From the NCBI GenBank assembly GCA_013239625.1, contig MU053934.1, positions 4,606,399 to 4,670,398 of the forward strand: DNA of 64,000 bases, given 5' to 3'. Below the pieces are notes generated by a model. It was not told where the DNA came from. It did not search any database and saw only the letters and a program-made list of their open reading frames with translations. Every line of letters begins with the position of its first letter. Positions within the stretch are counted from its first letter, which is position 1. This stretch comes from Lama guanicoe. Taxonomy: Eukaryota. Made by a program: the position numbers and the translations under genes. Positions 43,380-54,600 of this stretch are shown here, piece after piece.

Positions 43380-46300
43380 AAGAATGCAGGTGAGAGCCAT
43401 GGAACGGTGAGAGGGCAATTCGGATCCCCTACTGCGGGAAGAACATGGAAGAACTGGGGGAGGGGCCTCTTTGAAAAAGCAGGAAAGCCCAGGAGTCCCT
43501 CAGCTGGGTTTGCAACCCTTTGAAAATCCAATAACAGCTGTGGACCCTCTCCCTGAAATACATTCAGGTGTGCTTGCACATGTCCACACGCACACATGCT
43601 CTCACACACATTCACACACACACAAGCACATAATCACATCCACATGTGCATATACCCACACCCAGTTTACACATGTACGTGCACACTCACGCATACTCAC
43701 AAACACACCCACCATGCCATGGGGAATTTTAGGAAATTCCTGGGCCCCCTGACCCCTCAGGTAATGGACTCCTGTCTACTCCATCCCTTCCACCTGACTG
43801 AGGCTTGCAGAGAGAAAAGGACTTGTCCAAAGACACCCAGGCAGAGAGGGCCTGATGAACAGGTCTTGGCCCAGACAAGCCTGGAACATCAGGAGACTGC
43901 TGCCTTAGGGCTCTCTGTCCCCCTGCACTGAGCGGGGCAGCAGAGGAAACCCCATCTCATCCTTGTGCCCAAAGACTCACAGAGCAGCCAATCAGGGAGG
44001 CCAGGACAGCAGACAGGAAGTGCTCAGGGTCCTAAGAGGGCCCCAGATACCTGTAGTGGGCTGTGAAGATAAAATTCAAGAGGAGGAAGTCAGAGGAAAT
44101 TCTGTGGGGAGGAGGTATTTGGAGCTGTGCCTTGGAGGCTGGGACGGGTGGAATAAATACTTAGAGATGAAGCTGGGAAGCCCTTGCAGGCAGAGTCCAG
44201 AAGCAGCAACAGCCTTGAGGTGGGAACTCTCCAAACTGGCCATGAGTATGGCCTCTGGGAAACAGGAGCCAGAGTGGTCGTCAGGGGTGTGGGTCTTGAA
44301 GAATGAGTAGGAGTTTTTCCAGAAAGGCTTTCTGGGCAGGACTAATATGTGCCAAGGGGCCGAGATAAGAAATGCTGGAGAAACTGCAAGTGTTTCAGAG
44401 GGCTGCTTACTCAAGTGTGGTTTGGAGGAGGGGCTCAGTAATAAAGCAATGGATGAATGAACGAATGAATGGAGTGCATGTGGGGGAGGGTAGGAGAGGA
44501 TGCCTGGTGACTTCATCCAGCCAGTGATGAGGAAGGAAGAGGACTAACATTTATCACATTCTTCTGCTGCCAGCCCACACACATGCCCTTCTGCAGATGA
44601 AGAAGCCGAAGCTTTGAGCCAGCTTACTCACTCTGCCCCCGAGGAGCCTTGGCAGTGCTGGCGCATGGCCCTTGTCACAGGTCGGGGGCCTCCTCACCTG
44701 GAGACCCAGAGCCAGGCATGAGATGACCCAGGGAGGGCGGAATATAGCTCCCATAGGCCAGGCAGTGGCTGCCAAAAGGGATAACAGACCCAGCAATTGT
44801 TCCCAGAGCCAAATCCGCCCCAGGTGAAAGGGGACAGCAGATCTGTAAGGCGACACCCGCCTTGGGCTGGCTAATCTTGTATTGTATCGGGGCTTCTCTC
44901 AGCTCCAGGCTCCCAAAGCCTCCTTGTCCGGCAGCCTGACCCAGAGGAGGGGGTGGAGAGGAAGGAACACCTAACGAGCCTTTCTGCCTACCCACTTTTG
45001 ACAGCATGGAGACAGGACAGGAAGTGAGCAAAGGGCAGGGAGAGGATGGAGACGTCCAGATTCCCAGTGATGACTGGGCAGCAATTATCCCCATTTTCCA
45101 GATGAGGAAACGGAGGCTTAGGGCACTGAAATGACTGGAACTCACAGTGGAGCTGGATTAGGACCCAGGTCTTAATCATGATAATAGCTTCTCCACCTAC
45201 TGTGTGTCAGGCTTCTATAAACGCTGGAGGGGGAGTGACAGAGAGAGAAGGCTGTAGGGGGACGGAATTAGGGGCTGTTTCCTCCCTGGCCAGCTCTCTC
45301 AGAAGTAGGCTCCTGGTGCTGCAGGGCCAGTACTGGGAGGCTGGAGAGGTCGGGCCTGGTGTTTCCAGCTTCACCAAGGGCAGGTTGTGTGTGACTGGGC
45401 AAGTCACCTTTTGTCCCTGCTAGGGTGGGTTGCAGGCACTTGCTACAGGCAGCCCCCAACATACTGCAAGAGAACACTGGGCAGATGGAGGCTGACTTTG
45501 CTGTGGCCCCAACCAAGACTGACTCCTCAGGGCCTCCCAAGAAGCTTGGGAATCTGGAAAGGTCAGGAGAATGAGGACCCAAATGGAGAGAGCATGAAGC
45601 ATGCGTGAGCAGGCCCCCGGGGTCTAGGCAGGGCAACCCCCGCTCTTGTTCCTCCACACAGCTGCCCTGGAGGTGCCTGCCTTTAGGTTCTCCCCCCTGC
45701 ATGGGCCTAAAAGCACTCATAAGAGGGAAGGGGTTCACTAGTGAGGGAGGTAGGGTGTAACTCACTGAAGCAGCAGGGCCTTGGGGACACAGCTTTCCCA
45801 AGTAGCCATTTTCAGACAGTCAAAATTGTCCATCACTCTTTTGTTTAATGACAAGTAATGTGCACACAGCATGAATTCATTCTTTTTTTTTTTTCCTCCC
45901 CTGCAAATATTTATTGAGTGCCTCCTGTTTGCCCAGCCCCACACTCAGGGCTCAGGAGAAGGCAGCCCTGCAGCTAAGACAGACCAGGTGGTAGGCTCTG
46001 AGGGGGGCTTCATGTACAGGGACCCATTTTTCCCTCTGAGCAGCCTGATGAGGGAGGGAGACTTCCTTATTCCCATTTCACAGACGAGGAAACTGAGGGT
46101 TGAGCCACTTGCATAAAAACCCAGACCGAAGCCAGATCTCTCTGGTTCCTGAACCTGGTTACCAGTATGCAATGTGACCTCCCCAGAAGCCTTACCTCTC
46201 ACTCTGCCCCATGGGTACGGCCTGGGGGCTCAAAGACAGGCAACCACGTCTGTTTTGCACCTTATTAAAAAATCCAAAAGAGAGTCAAGCTATAAGTGTA

Positions 46301-47242
46301 ATGGATTGGTTTTTAGGTCACAACAAAGTGGCTTCACATCAAAGGAGCTACATCAAAAAAAAAATAAATAAAAGTCATGAGGGTGAAATCCTCACATAGA
46401 GGAAATCTGGGTGGCCCAGGCTGGGGCTGGGAAGCTTACTTTCCACTGGCCACTCTTCAATAATTTTCAAATTTGCACTGTGCACAGCTATTATCTATTC
46501 ACCCAAATCAATTAAAAGACGTCAAAGGACAAAAAGGTGTATTTATAGCTCAGGCCTTGATCAGGACCTGCAGGGCTCAGTCTTGTGGGGAGCCGGAGCT
46601 TGTCAGGGGCAGAAAGAGCACATACTAGGTGACAGATGAATGCTACGGACCACCCACCATGAGCATCCTGGCAAGGAGAGTGAAGGCTGAGAAAGCCCCA
46701 CAAACCTGGGTTGGAGCCTCAGGCATGTCATCTCACCTCCTCCCCTTTGCTGGGAGCTGTGAAAACTGAGGGATATGATATTTTGTGCCCAGCTGGGTGC
46801 TCGGCCAGTGTCCAGGTTTCCGACATGCCCAGAATGAGCCTGTTGGGGAAGCCAGGACTGAGACCATTATTCTCTTACAGGCCAAGGTATGCCCTAATTG
46901 TTGGAGGAGGCCAAGGGAGAAGAGCAGATTCCCCTGGGGACGCCAGAGAGCAAGGAAAATATCTCTGAGAGAACCCTTTCCAGATGGCAGGAATCCCCAG
47001 GTAGAGGCACAGGGAGGGGCACGGAGAGGGGAGTCGGTGAGTGTGTGTGAGCAGTAGTGAGGGTTCCATGGGGGTGGAAAGATAAGGGCAGAGAGTCTCA
47101 TAGAGAGGCAGGTGCAGAAGAAGAGGAGGCTGACATTTTAGGGGTGGAGTAGATGGGATCTGGGGGGTGTGACAGAATACCTGAGGCAGGTGAGTCATGG
47201 GGATGCTACAAAAGGCACAGGGATGTGCTTAGAGTAGTGCTG

Positions 47243-47475
47243 GCTAAGAATGGTTCTTACACTTTCAAGTGTTTGAGAAAAAATCAAAAGAAAAATGGTT
47301 CCCTTTTGGTGTCCACAAATAAAGTTTTACTGAAACACAGCCATGCTCATTCCTTTACATAATATCTACAATTGACTTTATGCTACAGCGTCAGAGTAGT
47401 TGAGAGAGACCCTATGGGCAGCAGAGCCTAAAATATTTACTATCTGGACCTTATACACAATAGTTCGCCCACCTT
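47243..47475. mobile_element. MER58-like hAT-Charlie fossil
   Basis: aataaagttttactgaaacacagccatgctcattc...agcctaaaatatttactatctgg. Confidence 0.75.
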
Positions 47476-47931
47476 TAACTTACGGGCAACTTGCAGGCAG
47501 AGAACAGTAGGCATGATGTTTGAAAAGGGGACAGGTCCAGGTCACCAGGGCCTCCTTCTTCCCTGTCCAAGCACCGAGCTTAAGCTAAGAGCAAGCGGGA
47601 GACATGGAAAGTTCAAGGAGGAGAGTGACCTGCTCAAACGAAAGCTGGAGAACAGTCACTCTGGCTGCTAAGCAAGAATGGATTAAGGGGGGCTGGGGTT
47701 ACCTGGAACAGGAAGGCCTGCTGGAGGAGGCTCCAAAGGCCCATGGGACTGTCCTTGAGGACATTTGCTGGGACCTAGACTTGAGGCGTCTCCGTGCTCT
47801 TCCCTGCACACCTTCTCTGATGGCACACAGTGCTGCTCTACATACCCAGGATGCCCTGCGCACGCGGGCGGAAATGATCGCTTGACTGGACCCCCAGAGC
47901 GGAAGGAGCCCCCGGAAGGGCGGGAAGCGCG

Positions 47932-47987
47932 CGGAGCCCGCCTCGGAGCCCGCTTCGGAGCCCGCTTCGGAGCCCGCCTCGGAGCCC
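47932..47987 (+). repeat. 12-bp CpG-rich tandem repeat (cggagcccgcYt) x4.7
   Basis: Direct reading of four full units plus a partial unit. Confidence 0.95.
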
Positions 47988-48703
47988 ACAGCAAGAGCAT
48001 GAGGAACCAGGGTGTGAAATGGTGGGCGCTTGGAGAACCGCTGCTGGCTGAGTGGCAGGAGAGGAGGCTCAAGAGGTGGGCAGGGTCCATGGGCTTCGAG
48101 GGCCCACGAAGGTGGAGGGGGAGGGAAGGGAGGTTTCCGCCTGGAGTCAGGGCCAGGCCTGGGAGAGAGGGAGCACTCAGTTGCTTTGATCATATGCATG
48201 GATGGAGGCGGTCAGAAGTATGCAGGTAGGCCAAGGCCCAAAGACCACAGGCTGGTGTACATTGGCCATCCGTACAGACATACAGACCTGTGTAGACGCC
48301 GTAACAAGCCCAGCTGTATGGGCGCACCACAATACAAGACCAGGTCTCTGCACACGGTCACAGATGAGTGTGCACATCATCACAGCCTCCCAGCCCCAGG
48401 AATGCACACAATACAGGACCTAGAGGCCTCTCTGCACCCGGTCACAGATAATGTGCGCACAACACGGTCCAGGCACGGCTTCCCGGATCCACTCCCATGC
48501 CAAACAGGAACAGACCTGGGTGCACGCTGCAGGTCACACAGACCTTTGAACACTGCAAAACACAGACATACACATACACGCACACATACAACCGGACACG
48601 CAGACCCATGCACATGCCAGACACACACACTCTCTGACCCGCTCCGCCTCCCGTCGCACACACACAACCACACAGGACGCACGGTCACAGGCAGGGGCGC
48701 GCT

Positions 48704-48751
48704 CGCGCGCGCGCGCGAACACACACACACACACACACACGCACACATACA
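48704..48751 (+). repeat. (CG)7 plus (AC)11 compound microsatellite
   Basis: Direct reading. Confidence 0.95.
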
Positions 48752-48899
48752 TTTGGTCGCACACGCGGGAGGCACAGAGCGGTGGCTGCCCGAGACTGCG
48801 GTCCAAGGCGCCCCGGCCCGCGCAGAGAGCGGAGCCTCGCTGGCGGCGGAGGGTAGGGGGCGCCGGTGGGGGCGGGGCGGGGGCCGGAGCCGCCCGAGC

Positions 48900-49266
48900 C
48901 CGGCAGGAGCGGGCACCTCTGCGCTCCGCGCTCGGGCCTCGCCTCCGCACCCGCCGTGCGCCTCTCGTGGGGCCCTCTCCGGCGCCCGTCCGCTCGCCCG
49001 GCCCCAGCCGCGGCCCCGGGGTGCAGGCAGGCGGCAGCGCCGCGCCCGCGGGACGGGGTGGAGGTGGGGACGGGGGGCGGGGATCGGGGCCGGGCCGGGG
49101 CCGCGCCGCCTGCGATGCCGGGCGCCCGCCGCAGCCGCCGCCGCCGGACCCCGGGATGGGGCGAGAGGCTGCGGCGGACGCCAGCATCTCCCCGCCGGGG
49201 GCCCCGCGGGCCGCGGAGTCGCCGCCGCCGCTGCTGCCGCCGCTGCTAAGACCCGGCGGGCGATGG
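48900..49266 (+). other. MGAT3: Non-coding first exon of MGAT3 (GlcNAc-transferase III); 5' end uncertain; intron 1 runs past the window end
   Basis: Strong donor TGG|GTGAGT at 49267 inside the island; exon resembles the human MGAT3 5' UTR as I recall it; TAB1-MGAT3 synteny; no MGAT3 coding sequence is in the window. Confidence 0.75.
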
Positions 49267-51509
49267 GTGAGTTGACCCTGGCGTCCTGGGGGCCCGCGCC
49301 GCAGCCTCTCCATCCCCGCACTCTCGGCCCTTCGCCTCCATCTCCGCGCCTCCTCCGCGCTCGCTGCGCCCCGAATCACGGCTCTTAGAGCCCCCCTCCC
49401 TAAGCGTGACCTTTGCGGGTGGGGGCTGGAGCACTCGGCTGAGCGGTTGGGGTTGGGGGCCGGGATGAGGGGCGGATGCAAGAGAGGCTACACAGCTCTG
49501 GCGCCCCCTCCCCCAACCCGGCTGCTCGGCGGAGCTTTCCATGGCCCGGGAGGGCAAAGCCTCATCCTCTCTACCCGCCATCCCCGGCCTGGGCGGGGGG
49601 CGTCCCTAAGGCGCGGGGCTAGAGCCAGACGCTTTGTGCGCTGCACCCCGCGGCAAACCCGCGCGGCGCGGGGCTGGGGGTGGGAGGCCTCAGCTCCCGC
49701 CTTCTCCCACCCCCGACCCCGGCCTGCGGCGGAGGAGGCCCAGGCGCTGTCGGGGTGCTGGTAGGGTGCGGGGGCCGAGACCAGGCAGAGAGGAGTGGAA
49801 AAAGAACCCCAGTCCTGTTGAGGGGGGGCTCCCGCTCTTTCCACTGCACTGCCCAGGGCGGGGAGGGGGCGGGGGAGGGAACCTGGCTCGGGGAGGGAGC
49901 TATAAATATCTGCAAATAGTGAGTTCTGGAACTGGGGATGGTGAGGGGAATGCACCTGGGTGTGTGTTGAGGGAGAGTGCCTGAGCTGGGGTGCCAGAGA
50001 AACAGAGACAGGTCTCAGCCAGCCCTGGTGACCCGAGATCAGGTGACTCTCCTAGCTCTGGAAGACGCCCTAGAAGGGGAGTGGGCAGGAACACTACTCC
50101 CGTGAGATCTCTCCGTGGTCCCCCAGGACTGGTACTCTCCCCATCCCCATAGCACTCCTCATCCTGGGACACCAGTCTAGATCTGCCTTGATGGAGGAGG
50201 TGTGAGTACCACTGTGTCACCTCCCGGGCAGTTACTAAAAATCCAGGCAATGGGCCAAGTCTGGAGATGGAAGGAAGAGCAAGACAAGGGCTTCCCCACC
50301 CCCACCTGGGGGAGCTGGCAATTTTGTGGGGTTATGGAGCGGAGGAGACAGGCACAGGGTTCTAGGAAAGTTTGAAAAGGGGGCTGCCAGCCCAAGGTGG
50401 AGAGAGAACTTGCTGGAAGACATAAAAGGAAGCTGGGAGAGTTTGCTTGGTAGAGAAAGTGGGAAGGACGTTCTGGGCAGAGGAATGGTACCAGCAAAGG
50501 CTTAGAGCTGTGAGTGCTCAGTATGTGCTGAGAGATGGAGGTCAGACACTGCTGGGGACCAAAATGAGAAGCCAGAAGAGACGGGAGCCAAGGCTGAAGG
50601 GAAGGAGGGCCAGTTGGAGGCGAGGTGGTGGGCTGCCCCAGGGAGCTGGCACAGGGACAGCACTGTGAGGAGCTGACGGGGCTGGGAGTGGCGCCGTCTG
50701 GCTCAGCTGCCCCTTCTGAGGGTCTGCCCAGTGCCCTGGATGTGGTCGGGGCTGTTTGACCCACATTTGTGACCCCTTTTACTGTGCTAGCTGGACCACC
50801 TCGGGCTAGTCAGCTTTCTGGACCTCAGTTTCGACGTCTGTCAAATGGGGAGAATCCGCCACAGAATTGTGGCGAGGACTGCAGGAGATGCTGCACAAGT
50901 GCCCGGCCACTGAGAAGTACTCAGGAAGGGGTTTGCTGCTGCATCGATATTTTTACCTGTTAAATGGGGACATTGATACCAGCTGCAGGCCTTGTCCACT
51001 TCATGGGTGATGGTGAGGATCACGTGAGGGCTGGATGTGACCAAAAGGCAGCTGAGGCCTGGGGAAACTGCATGTCCACGTCCTCTTTCTAGGAGAAGAT
51101 GAGCGTAGCAGTGAGGAGTGGCTGGGGGCAGGGTAATCTGCACAGACAGCCTCCTGTCGTCCCCGTGGGCACCCACCACTCTCTGGCCCCCAGCGATGGC
51201 AATCATGGGACTCTGCTCTGTTCCCCAAGGCCAAAGCCTCTTTGCTCCTCATACTGCATGGTACACCCCCACCCCTCAGCCAGCTCTAATCTAGTCCACT
51301 ACATGGAGACCAGTGCTCGCTTCTAGAAGTTTCTTCAGATATTCAGGCCAACAAACATGATGTCCTCCTGTGAGGAGCATGGTGCCTGGCAGCCAGGTGG
51401 AGAGGATACAGTCCTTGCCCTCCAGAGATTAGAATCTAGTTGGGCAGCAGGTGCCTAGCCCCATGCTGGCTGCTTGCAGGCAGGGAGAGTGTTGCAATAA
51501 TTGCATCAT

Positions 51510-51660
51510 GAGGCAGTCAAGTGCAGGAGTTAAACAGCAAGGATTCCAGATCCAGTCGCCCAGGTTTGAATCCCAGTCCTATCACTTTTGATTATGTGTC
51601 TGTCTCTCTGTGTCTCAGTTTCTTTCTGTCTAAAATGAGGATGATGCACACTATTGCTGT
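51510..51660 (+). mobile_element. MIR SINE
   Basis: caggtttgaatcccagtcct...ctctctgtgtctcagtttctttctgtctaaaatgagg. Confidence 0.75.
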
Positions 51661-54600
51661 TTGAACAGCTTGGATCAGTTTCTGGTGGCATTCGCAGCCC
51701 CCCTTCCAGAATGTCTCCCTATTGGCCTCTGCCTCCTCAGCGACTACACTGACTGCCCCAGTAGATGTGTTGTTCACTTCCCTGTTGTCTTCTCCTTCTG
51801 TCTGTGGTCCCTGTGGGCGGGCCCTGCCTTTCTGTACCCATTGCCTTGGCAGGGGGCAATTCAGTTGGCAAGCGGTGACCAATTTCTGTGGTCCCAGCAG
51901 GGCTGATTTCCAGCTACCAACAGCTTAACAGTCTCAAAATGGGAGCCAGTGCAGCACCCAAGCATTCAGTAGGTGCTTAATAAATGACGGTAGAACAAGG
52001 AGGAAAGGCCCCAGAGACTGTAGGTCAGATGGACTTGGGGAGCTGCCACTTGATGCAGTAGCTGAGGAGGGCTTGTAGGGGGAGGTGCTGGACGGGCTGA
52101 GGGCAGGGCGGGAGACCACGTGAATAAGTACCTGCAGGGACGAAGGGCAGCGGGAATGGCGATGTCTTCCTTTCCTCCACGCCTCTGGCCCTGCCTCACC
52201 CCTCTCTTGCCCCTTCTCCCTTGACCTTGGTCTGGCCTTAGCACAGAATGGCCCTGCTGGACCCCAAGCTTTAAATGAACAGATTCTGTTCCTTTGCTTA
52301 TGCTGTTCTCTCTACCTGAATGTCTGTTCCACCCACCTCTCCCTCTGTCCTCTGAAGCTCTGTCACTCATCAAAAGCCTCCTCACGTACCGCCTCCTCCA
52401 TGATGCCAGCCCTCCATCCCAAATCACACAGACCCTCCTCCTCCTGCTGACCCCTGGCCTGAGAGCCCCTCACACATGCGTACTGTCTGCTCATAAAAAT
52501 ATTAGTGGCTAACACTTATTGTGTCTCTACAGTAACCTGTGTGTGGGGAAGTTGAGGCCCAGTGTCTTGTCAGCACTAACCCGCCCTTTATATCTCAGTT
52601 TGAGCATGTGCATCCTGGTCTCCTTGCTGGGGGCCCACAGTGTGTTTGTTATTACATGTCCCTGAGAGACGGTCAGCTCCATGGGCTGCAGGAGCTCAAA
52701 AGAATGAACGAGTGACTGAGTAAATGAATGTTTCTCAGCCCAAGAGAACAGCCCGGCTCTTCCACCTGTTTTTCCCCCTTCTCCGTCCCTGGTGGAGGAG
52801 ACTGGCCCTCCAGAGGGCAGCCTCACTTGCAGCAGGACAGTCATCAGGACCCTGCTTGTCTCCGTTTCCCCGAAGGGAAAAGTGAGGCTTCAAGAGCAGG
52901 TGGGAACTTCCCAAGGGCTGGAAGCAGGCCTGGTGGGCAGAAGGGCAGTGGACCACCCTCTGTGGTCTAGAATGGGCTGGCAAGGGGACCCAAGGCCTTG
53001 TCCATAAACCAGGAAGTTAATGGGGTCCCCAAATGCTTTTCCTTGTACTTCTGAAATTTCCCTGTTGGCTCACTTCCTTTCATCTTCTCTATAAAAATAA
53101 AACTGGAACAATAGGAATCATTCACACACCTAATTACTCTGTTGTTTATGAATTTAGAGCTTATTTGGCCAAACACTTTGGTTCCCACTGCAGCAGGAAT
53201 CCTGGGAGTGGGGTAGGGTGCAGGGTGAAGGCCAGGACAGAAGGTAGGAGGAGGAGTCTGTGCTCATACTGGGGCCTCGTGAGGGTCCGCCCTTTGGCTG
53301 CCTTCCCTAGGCAGGCCAGGAACTTCCCAGAAAGGGCAGGCCAGACAGGGTCTGAGCGAGGAAGGGTGACCAGAGGCAGTCTCTGGAGAGTCTGGTTGTA
53401 GGGACTCATGATGGAGGACTTTCCGGCTCTTCTCCCCAGCCTTGACCTCCAAGTCATAGTAATTTGCAGCTATTTATCGAACACTTACTATGTGCTGGGC
53501 ACTGGGCCAACCACTTTGCGTCATCCCAGAGACACTGCCTAACTTCCCTCGAAGTAGGTACTCTTATTATCCCACTTGGCAGTTTGAGGTGGTCTGGGGC
53601 CCAGGGCCAGGAAGTGGCAGGGCTGGGATTATATCCAGCCTGAAGGACCCCAAAGCTTGATGGGGCACCTGTCTAGGGCGGACCCCCCAGAGCTTGCTAA
53701 GTACTCTGGACAAATCCCTTGTGGCTGCCCTTCCCTGGTTACTGGGAGCTGGACACACAGTCTGGGTGAATCGTGGTGGCGGGAAGGAGGACCAGGGAGA
53801 GCTGCCCATGATGGTCGGAGGGGGGAGTGGCTTCCGGGCTGGGCACACAGGCACTCTCTAGGGGCTGGCACCAGGCCTGACACAGGGAAGGCACTGGAGA
53901 AATATTTCTTAAGTATCTGTTTAGTGGTGATTTTGAGAGTGGAAAGTGAGAGCTACTTCCAGACACAAGGCTACTTCCAGACATTGGCTGGTTTAGGTGA
54001 AAGATTGAGAAAGTGCCTTCCCAACAGTCACCCAGGACTGTGAATGTTAATGGTTGTAAGTCATATTTATAGTGTTTATAGCACAAATGGGAACGAGATA
54101 CTGGTGCTTTCTTGCGTGATTTCGTTTCAGTATCACAGAGGCGATGCCCCAGCTCCCCTACCCAGACTAGAAATCCAGGTGCCAGCTCAGGCCTCTACTG
54201 GTGCTGTCCCTTTGTCTGGAACGCCCTTCCCTTCTCCCCCTGACTCATCCTTTAAGACTCCTCCAGGAAGCCATGCCTCACCCCTGCCCTACTGATGCTC
54301 CTTGCAGAGATTTATATCTGTCCATCCCCATGGGATAAGAACCTTGTGCAGGGCAGGTCTGTTGAGGGCCTGGTGGGGATGCTAGTGGAGTGAATGGGGA
54401 AGACTCTGTCAGGGGGACTCGGGTGGAGGTCACCAGGGCCAGCAGTGGGGCTGCTCTGCTGTTCCTTGTGTCTGGGTGGGAAAGGGAGGGAATTATGAGA
54501 AAGACCAAGGGGCTTTCTGGTGTGGCTCCTGGAGGCAACTGTAAGGTGCAGCTCTGCCAGTGGACTGTCACCTCGGCCCAGAGAGGGGGCCAGATTGGGG

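Larger units (their letters stand above)
48690..49790. promoter_or_regulatory. CpG-island promoter of MGAT3
   Basis: Very high GC/CpG; tandem GC boxes GGGGCGGGGCGGGG near 48868-48882; about 22 kb downstream of TAB1, where MGAT3 lies in mammals. Confidence 0.85.

Noticed and set aside
47932..47987. Short direct repeats as a CRISPR-like array
   Set aside because: No spacers and a eukaryotic context; simple minisatellite
48030..49481. Long ORFs of 452, 313 and 315 aa on both strands
   Set aside because: They span a CpG island and CA/CG repeats where stops are rare; low-complexity R/G/A/P/H/T translation with no recognisable domain
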